A DNA stretch of 64,000 bases from Marispirochaeta sp. (GTDB taxonomy: Bacteria > Spirochaetota > Spirochaetia > JC444 > Marispirochaetaceae): contig CAXXFF010000003.1 of assembly GCA_963676835.2 (NCBI GenBank), positions 832,001 through 896,000 on the forward strand, given 5' to 3'. The translations under genes and the position numbers were made by a program. This document shows, one piece after another, positions 57,991 through 64,000 of the stretch. Position 1 is the stretch's first letter. Every line of letters starts with the position of its first letter. The notes under the pieces were generated by a model. The model was not told the origin of the DNA. It saw nothing but the letters and a program-made list of their open reading frames with translations, and did no database searches.

Positions 57991-58491
57991 ATGAGTGGAA
58001 TTATTATCTACAAATCAGCCTGCGGAAGCACGGAGGAGTATGCCCGCTGGATAGCCGATGCGACCGGCTACACCGCCGTACCGGTCAAGGAGGCCGGAAA
58101 ACTTGATCTTACAAAATACGACACCATAATCGCTGGCAGCCTGATTATCGCCGGAAGAATGGCTATGGGCAAATGGCTGACAAAAAGATGGGAGAAAATT
58201 AAAGACAAGAAGGTGGTGCTGTTTTCAACCTCCGGCGAAAAACCGGATGACAGCGTAAAGGAACGCTTTCTGACAGCAACCCTCAGTCCGGCAATTGCCG
58301 AAAGAGTAAGCTACTTTCCCCTTCACGGCCGCAGACGCCAGGCGGATCTTAAAGGTATGGCAAAGTTCATGATGTGGGTTGCGGTAAAGTTTATTGCCAA
58401 AACTCCTGAAGAGAAGGAAGAGATGAGCAGGGACTTCGACGGTGTCGCCCGGGAGAATCTGGAGCCCCTGCTGGCAGCAGTGAAAGGCTGA
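57991..58491 (+). CDS. Flavodoxin domain protein (HemG-like)
   Basis: IIYKSACGSTEEYARWIA, YDTII; GAGGGAG RBS. Confidence 0.82.
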   Translation: MSGIIIYKSACGSTEEYARWIADATGYTAVPVKEAGKLDLTKYDTIIAGSLIIAGRMAMGKWLTKRWEKIKDKKVVLFSTSGEKPDDSVKERFLTATLSPAIAERVSYFPLHGRRRQADLKGMAKFMMWVAVKFIAKTPEEKEEMSRDFDGVARENLEPLLAAVKG

Positions 58492-58493
58492 AC

Positions 58494-59483
58494 CTAGGGT
58501 TCAGCCGAATACACATACAGTGTAACCGGTGCATCCGGGTTATCCGGATCCACTACAGTAAGGGCATCAAAAATCGGCTGAAGAGAGATCTCGGCATCGG
58601 TATCGCTGTGAGCTTCATTGTTGTCCATGAACTTAACATAGGTGTCGCAGCTTATTTCTATTCGGAGAGATACAAAGTCGCCAGGAGCAACGGTTACACT
58701 CAGAGTTTCTGTTCTACCGCTGAAACCGGCACTGGTACTGGATGAGGAACTGACCACATTGGTAAAAGCACCTGTTGATTCAGAAGTTCCTACAGTCGTG
58801 TCCGGGTATTGATACTCAACGCCGACATCCGCCGAACCGCGCACTGAAGTTAAAGGGTAAGCACCATTTCTTTTGAGCGCCAGGTCCGCACCAGGATTAT
58901 CCGGATTAGAAGACTTATAAATTACATCCCAGAACTCCATGTAAAAACCCATGGATGCAAAAGACTCAGACACATCGGACTGGGAAATACTTACATGGCC
59001 GTCAAGTTCGGCGGCGACGCCGATGGTAATCTGACTGGTTGCAGATTCTGAAGAATCAGCCTTTAAAAGGATTTCATAGTTGATGCTGCTGCCCGCATGA
59101 TACTCATTATGAATTGAGGACGCGCTTGCGCTGGCGTAGGTATCGCTGTCGACTTCCAACCCGGTAAAGCCGGCATCCAGGCTGGCATTGAGAGAACAGC
59201 TGTCCGGATAAGAACCGCTGACGGAGTCAGAGTTGGTGTAATCCCCATCTATCAGATCTCCATCTTCGAAAGTAGATTCATCATAAGTGTGGTCATAAGG
59301 GTGGCATAATGTGGTTGCCGAATAGTCGCTGCCGTAATACCAGTCTTCGTGCTGAGCCCCGGTAAATACAACTCCTTCAGGAACACTTGTCCCGCCACCG
59401 CCGCTTCCTGCTTCCTCACAGGCGGTCAAAAAGAAAATAGCCGACAAGGCTGTTAGAAGAAGCCCGGTTGTTTTAGTTTTCAT
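58494..59483 (-). CDS. Hypothetical acidic Ser-rich lipoprotein
   Basis: Lipobox LTAC, GGAGG RBS; no recognisable family. Confidence 0.7.
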   Translation of the reverse strand: MKTKTTGLLLTALSAIFFLTACEEAGSGGGGTSVPEGVVFTGAQHEDWYYGSDYSATTLCHPYDHTYDESTFEDGDLIDGDYTNSDSVSGSYPDSCSLNASLDAGFTGLEVDSDTYASASASSIHNEYHAGSSINYEILLKADSSESATSQITIGVAAELDGHVSISQSDVSESFASMGFYMEFWDVIYKSSNPDNPGADLALKRNGAYPLTSVRGSADVGVEYQYPDTTVGTSESTGAFTNVVSSSSSTSAGFSGRTETLSVTVAPGDFVSLRIEISCDTYVKFMDNNEAHSDTDAEISLQPIFDALTVVDPDNPDAPVTLYVYSAEP

Positions 59484-59764
59484 ACATCCTCCATAAACTG
59501 TTAGAACTCTTATCTATCTTATGAATGCAAAGTTTCTGTTTGAGAATTTACCAGAGAATTGCCCCAGGAGGAGGCTTCGGAATGCTGAAAATTCCAAAAC
59601 CGTACGGAAACGAGTTGTATATGCCTTCGTGAAACCAAAAAATTGACTTGTTTTCGGAGAAGAACGGAAAGAATATCAGGATCTAACAGGAGGAACTGAA
59701 AACATGATAAAAAAGAGGGCCCGCATCGAGCCCTCCAATGATTATAAACAATTTTTTCTACAGC

Positions 59765-61375
59765 CTATTCCAGACTGTTATCCGCAAGGTGCCAGCAGTC
59801 GATATCTTCCACAATACTGAGTTCAACCACATTATTGGCTTTCTGCAGAACCTGGGCACATTCCTCCCGAAGGTTCAAAAGATGCAGCTTGGTATCATGC
59901 TCGGCATACTTTTCGGTTACAAAATTAAGAGCTTCAATAGCTGAATGGTCGTACACAGTTGCACCGGTAAAATCTATGATGACATCCCTTGGATCATCCT
60001 GAAATTCAAACAACCTCTTAAACAGGTTGGCAGAACCGAAGAAAAGGGCCCCTTCCAGCTTATAAACCTTATACCCGCTCTCATCTACCGAGACTGTTGC
60101 AGTAATATTGGTACTCTTTTTCCAGGCGAAAACCAGGGCTGAAACAATCAGCCCGATAAGAACCGCTACGGCCAGATTTTCAAGAATTGTAACCACCGTA
60201 ACAATGATTATAACCAATGCATCCGACTTGGGTATCTGATGAATAATGCGGAAAGTTGCCCACTCGAAGGTACCGATAACCACAAGAAACATAACTCCCA
60301 CAAGGGCAGCAAGGGGAATCGATTCAATAAGCTTTGCCCCGAAGAGTACAAACAGAATCAGGGAAATACCTGCAACAAACTGACTGACTCTGGTACGGCC
60401 TCCGGCACGGACATTGATCATACTCTGGCCGATCATGGCACAGCCGCCCATTCCGCCGAAAAAGCCGTTGATAATATTGGACAGTCCCTGTCCTATACAT
60501 TCCCGGTTACTCTTTCCCCTGGTTTCGGTAACCTCATCCACCAGCATGAGAGTCATAAGAGATTCTATCAGCCCCACAGATGCGGCAATTACCGAATAGG
60601 GAAACACCGTTACCAGGGTTTTCCAGGAGAAAAGCCCTTCGGGAACAGCAAAGCGCGGCAGAGATGCTGCCAAAGTGGTTCTTGACGGATCCAAAGTCTG
60701 GACAAAATCCAGGACTGTACGCACATGTATACCGCTCTTCTGCAGCAGAAGAGAAATCAGACTGACCGAAACAATAGCTGTAAGGGTTGCGGGTACCGCT
60801 TTTGTAAGCCGGGGCAGTAAATGACTTATAAGCATGGTAAGCCCGATAAGCCCCAGCATGATGACCAGGGGAGCACCGCTTAAAAGTACATGATGACCGT
60901 CTTCAAGGATGTAGAACATCTCGAGCTGGGATTTAAGAATAATCAACGCCAGACCGTTAACAAAGCCCAGCATAACAGGATGAGGAACCAGCCGTATAAA
61001 CTTACCCAACTTAAGCAGCCCAACAGCCATCTGCAGGAGTCCCATAAGCACAACCGCAGCAAAGAGGTAGCTAAGAGCACCTTCCATTCCCACCAGCTCA
61101 GTCTGCTGAATTACCAGAGGAGCGAAGATAACCGCTACAGCACCGGTGGCTCCGGAAATCATTCCGGGGCGGCCGCCGAATATAGCAGTACCTACTCCCA
61201 TCATGAATGCAGCATAGAGTCCGATTATGGGATCGATGTGGGCAACAAAAGCAAAAGCAATGGCTTCCGGCACCAGGGCAAGAGCAACGGTCAGACCTGA
61301 TAAAAGGTCATTTTTCAGGGAGACCTGTTTTTCTATGGAAAGCTTGAAAATTCTGTTATGGACAAATTTACTCAC
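59765..61375 (-). CDS. SulP family inorganic anion transporter
   Basis: ALVPEAIAF, GGRPGMISGATG, GGCAMIGQS, C-terminal STAS; GTG start with AGGAG RBS. Confidence 0.93.
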   Translation of the reverse strand: MSKFVHNRIFKLSIEKQVSLKNDLLSGLTVALALVPEAIAFAFVAHIDPIIGLYAAFMMGVGTAIFGGRPGMISGATGAVAVIFAPLVIQQTELVGMEGALSYLFAAVVLMGLLQMAVGLLKLGKFIRLVPHPVMLGFVNGLALIILKSQLEMFYILEDGHHVLLSGAPLVIMLGLIGLTMLISHLLPRLTKAVPATLTAIVSVSLISLLLQKSGIHVRTVLDFVQTLDPSRTTLAASLPRFAVPEGLFSWKTLVTVFPYSVIAASVGLIESLMTLMLVDEVTETRGKSNRECIGQGLSNIINGFFGGMGGCAMIGQSMINVRAGGRTRVSQFVAGISLILFVLFGAKLIESIPLAALVGVMFLVVIGTFEWATFRIIHQIPKSDALVIIIVTVVTILENLAVAVLIGLIVSALVFAWKKSTNITATVSVDESGYKVYKLEGALFFGSANLFKRLFEFQDDPRDVIIDFTGATVYDHSAIEALNFVTEKYAEHDTKLHLLNLREECAQVLQKANNVVELSIVEDIDCWHLADNSLE

Positions 61376-61543
61376 ATATTCTCCTGAGTATCTAATCGAC
61401 AGGCATAAAATACGAGACGACATGGTAGTTATATTGTTATTTCCAATGGAGGCTGAAAAAAACGGAACAATCGTGCTATAGCAAAATTGTTCCGCTTATC
61501 TTACTGAAAACTGAAAAAATGTCAAACGACCCGGCTGAACGAG

Positions 61544-62212
61544 CTATCCCTGCCGGTAAGGTTGTGCAAAACTGTCGGTAATGGAAACCCCGTTCTTCTT
61601 AAGTAAGCTTCCCCAGTAGAAGCGGTTAATAAGCTTAACAATTATCTTCATTATCCAGAGACTGTTTTTTGCCGCTGTCTCCGGCTGAGAATACTCAAGC
61701 AGCTGTTTCCGGTCAAAAGTCCCCTCCTCTGCAAGGTTTTTTCCAATTGCCTCAATTCCTCCGAAAACAGCCGCAGAGGGTTTCACCCGTCCTCTGATAA
61801 GCGCATCGCAGCCGCCTTTAATAATTGTGCCCATATATGTACACCCGAGCATCCCGGCAAACTTCTCCAGATGCCGTTCCAGGGGCCGGGCATGCACAGC
61901 TTCACGGAAGCCGTACTGAACGAGAAAGCCCAGTTTCTTACCGCTGCATTTACCCTTTAATGGTTCAAGCTCCTCAAAAAAGTGCTGCACCTCCCCGGGC
62001 ATGGCATAGGAGTAGAGCGGAAAGGCAATAAGAACAGTGTCCGCACTCTTGAATATCTCTGCAGCTTCAGTAAGTGAAGCAAGCTTATTCAGTTTATAGA
62101 CATCCGGATCATCTTTACCCGAAGACTTAAAGCCTTCAATCAGGCTGTTCAGAAGCAGCTGGGTGTTGTTTTTCCCCGGTCTGGGGGAGCCGTTAAAGAT
62201 TGTAAGTTTCAT
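61544..62212 (-). CDS. Flavodoxin-like NAD(P)H-dependent oxidoreductase
   Basis: NGSPR, AFPLY. Confidence 0.78.
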   Translation of the reverse strand: MKLTIFNGSPRPGKNNTQLLLNSLIEGFKSSGKDDPDVYKLNKLASLTEAAEIFKSADTVLIAFPLYSYAMPGEVQHFFEELEPLKGKCSGKKLGFLVQYGFREAVHARPLERHLEKFAGMLGCTYMGTIIKGGCDALIRGRVKPSAAVFGGIEAIGKNLAEEGTFDRKQLLEYSQPETAAKNSLWIMKIIVKLINRFYWGSLLKKNGVSITDSFAQPYRQG

Positions 62213-62720
62213 CTGCCATTACCTCCGCATCTTTTTCTGTAGTCGCAACCAGAGCAAAGCGTCTGTACATATCAGCTATTATGGAGAATGTTTCATTGTT
62301 CAGTTCTGAGGAATACTCCATGAGAAGAATACTCATAAACTCTGATTCGTACCGGAGATAATGCCCCATCCTGTCGCCGTTCATCCGCAAAAAGGGATGG
62401 AGCAGCGGTATCATACGGTCATTGGCATTCTTTACCGCGGATGTTACAAAACCCATACTCAGGGGTGATGCCCAGACTACCTGATCGGCCCAGACAATAC
62501 TTTTAAGGATTTGTGTATGGTCATCCTTGAAGCAGCAGATCCCCGGTGTTTTCAGCCAGCAATTGTAGCATCCGATACAGGAATTAATGGTTTTCCCGGC
62601 CAGCGACTCCTGGCGGATTTCATCCCCCTTCTCTGCCCTTCGATCTGCAAATCTGTCCAGATAATCCTGGAGAGAATCTGCTCCGCTGTTCATACTGCCG
62701 TTAATCAACAGAACATTCAT
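62193..62720 (-). CDS. Flavodoxin family / iron-sulfur flavoprotein-like protein
   Basis: CIGCYNCWLKTPGIC..KDD. Confidence 0.8.
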   Translation of the reverse strand: MNVLLINGSMNSGADSLQDYLDRFADRRAEKGDEIRQESLAGKTINSCIGCYNCWLKTPGICCFKDDHTQILKSIVWADQVVWASPLSMGFVTSAVKNANDRMIPLLHPFLRMNGDRMGHYLRYESEFMSILLMEYSSELNNETFSIIADMYRRFALVATTEKDAEVMADETYNL

Positions 62721-63286
62721 GCTTTTTCCTCCTTACTTTCAAGATGATTTATTACTTCATCACACCAATCGATGGTTGCTCTCATGTTGAAAATTCCAAA
62801 ACGGACAGTTGCCAGCCGAAAGAAAAGATGCTCACCAGCTGGTCCGAGATCGTCCATTTTTCCCCGTATTTCCTGTTCAATTCCCTGATACTCAAGCATC
62901 AGGCTTTTACAGAATGTCCTTGACTCCCTCAGCCAACCGAGAATGGATTCAACTGCAATTTGATCAGAGAAAAACACCTTGAGCAGGAACTCATACCGTG
63001 CCTGGGGTGTGTCCGGCGGAGTTTTAAGCCATTCAAGCAGAACTTTTTTTCCTTCCGGTGTTACAGAAAAAACATTTTTATTGGGACGGTTTCCTGTGGC
63101 ATCCACTTTCCTGGAAATCCATCCATCCCCTTCCATCTGCTTGAGAACCGGGTAGATGTGTCCGTAATTTTCATTCCAGAAATGATTTATGCTCTGATCA
63201 CAAAACTTCTTAATGTCATAGCCAGAAGCAGGGCGGATATTTAAGACTCCGAGAATCGCATATTTGGTTTTGTTTTCTTTTGCCAT
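62717..63286 (-). CDS. PadR family transcriptional regulator
   Basis: YAILGVL, SGYDIKK, FWNENYGHIYPVL. Confidence 0.92.
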   Translation of the reverse strand: MAKENKTKYAILGVLNIRPASGYDIKKFCDQSINHFWNENYGHIYPVLKQMEGDGWISRKVDATGNRPNKNVFSVTPEGKKVLLEWLKTPPDTPQARYEFLLKVFFSDQIAVESILGWLRESRTFCKSLMLEYQGIEQEIRGKMDDLGPAGEHLFFRLATVRFGIFNMRATIDWCDEVINHLESKEEKA

Positions 63287-63312
63287 CGGCTCCCCTGAAT
63301 ACCACAAGCTAT

Positions 63313-63342
63313 GTATCACTTTGATATATATCACACTGATAC
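63313..63342. promoter_or_regulatory. Probable PadR operator (two TATCA-N3-TGATA boxes)
   Basis: GTATCACTTTGATATATATCACACTGATAC. Confidence 0.7.
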
Positions 63343-63398
63343 TTGTGTGTCAAATTAGATTTCTGTTAGGAATTTTTTGCCCACCGCACCGCTAAAAG

Positions 63399-63437
63399 AA
63401 AAAGCTCCTGCCATATCATCATGATATCGCAGGAGCC
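63399..63437 (-). terminator. Rho-independent terminator
   Basis: GCTCCTGC...GCAGGAGC stem followed by a T tract on the minus strand. Confidence 0.7.
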
Positions 63438-63494
63438 AAGGTAGCTATTTGGGGTTAATGCCTGTCTGGCGACAACCAGGTAAAGAGAAAAAGC

Positions 63495-64000
63495 CTACTG
63501 AGTCCTCGCAATGCGAAACCCGATGTATGGCAGCCTGGAGAAAGGACTGCGAAAATTCCATTTGCCCACCTGCAGGGTAAGAGCACCATTAATATAGCTG
63601 CCGCCCCGTATTATGCGGAAGGAATCACTTGCGGTGAAACACCATTCCCGGATATTGCCGCTCATATCATAGAAGCCCAGGGCGTTGGCACTTTTCTGTG
63701 CTGTCTCTTTGGGAGCAGAAGCGTTACCGGAATACCAGGCAACATCCCCGGTAGACTCCATATCGCCGTCGCCATCATAATCACTGGTGGCGTTATCGGC
63801 ACTATACACAGCGTCTGCACCGCTTACAAAATTTCCGGGGTAATATTCTCCCGCAGTATTAAGAACACCGTCGCATTCCGCATCATTGATATACCGTGCA
63901 GCAAACTCACTTTCATATCTTGAAGGAAGCCTGTAACCGGTATTTGTCGCTGTTTCTGCTGTTTCGGTGTGAACCCAATCCTTATCAATCCCGGTATACA
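63495..64000 (-). CDS. FGE-sulfatase/SUMF1 (C-type lectin fold) domain protein, 5' end outside the window
   Basis: GYRLPSRYESEFAAR, NALGFYDMSGNIREW, RGGS, IGFR. Confidence 0.88.
   Translation of the reverse strand, partial: YTGIDKDWVHTETAETATNTGYRLPSRYESEFAARYINDAECDGVLNTAGEYYPGNFVSGADAVYSADNATSDYDGDGDMESTGDVAWYSGNASAPKETAQKSANALGFYDMSGNIREWCFTASDSFRIIRGGSYINGALTLQVGKWNFRSPFSRLPYIGFRIARTQ

Overview
Bacterial chromosomal window, probably a free-living spirochaete (inferred from 'LFAGGxxE'-type solute-binding protein leaders and gene content; not confirmed). Main blocks: a partial ABC ATPase; a clpS-clpA-aat N-end-rule operon; dhaKL plus a polyol SDR; a ~12.8 kb Type I restriction-modification island (half-HsdS, KilA-N remnant, hsdM, hsdS, 1071-aa SF2 helicase-nuclease, YhcG/DUF1016, hsdR, M48 peptidase) bounded by a 21-bp direct repeat; a sugar ABC/transketolase/aldolase cluster; divergent tRNA-Arg(CCG) and tRNA-Phe(GAA) followed by structured repeats and a 3x149-bp tandem array; a split chelatase ChlI/VWA pair; three RCC1-repeat lipoproteins opposite two 7TM histidine kinases and a NarL regulator; and assorted accessory genes including mazEF and two copies of a MITE. 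Best leads: (1) the chelatase ORFs are joined by an A9G -1 slippery site, suggesting programmed frameshifting; (2) YhcG sits between inverted heptamer arrays and replaces the middle of an AlbA_2/RecG-C/HTH gene; (3) the helicase-nuclease is a candidate defence protein; (4) two distant DUF4143 ATPase genes share a leaderless promoter/operator; (5) a CCGCA-[variable hairpin]-GAGGA module recurs in three otherwise different repeat families. All calls come from reading the sequence; no database searches were run.
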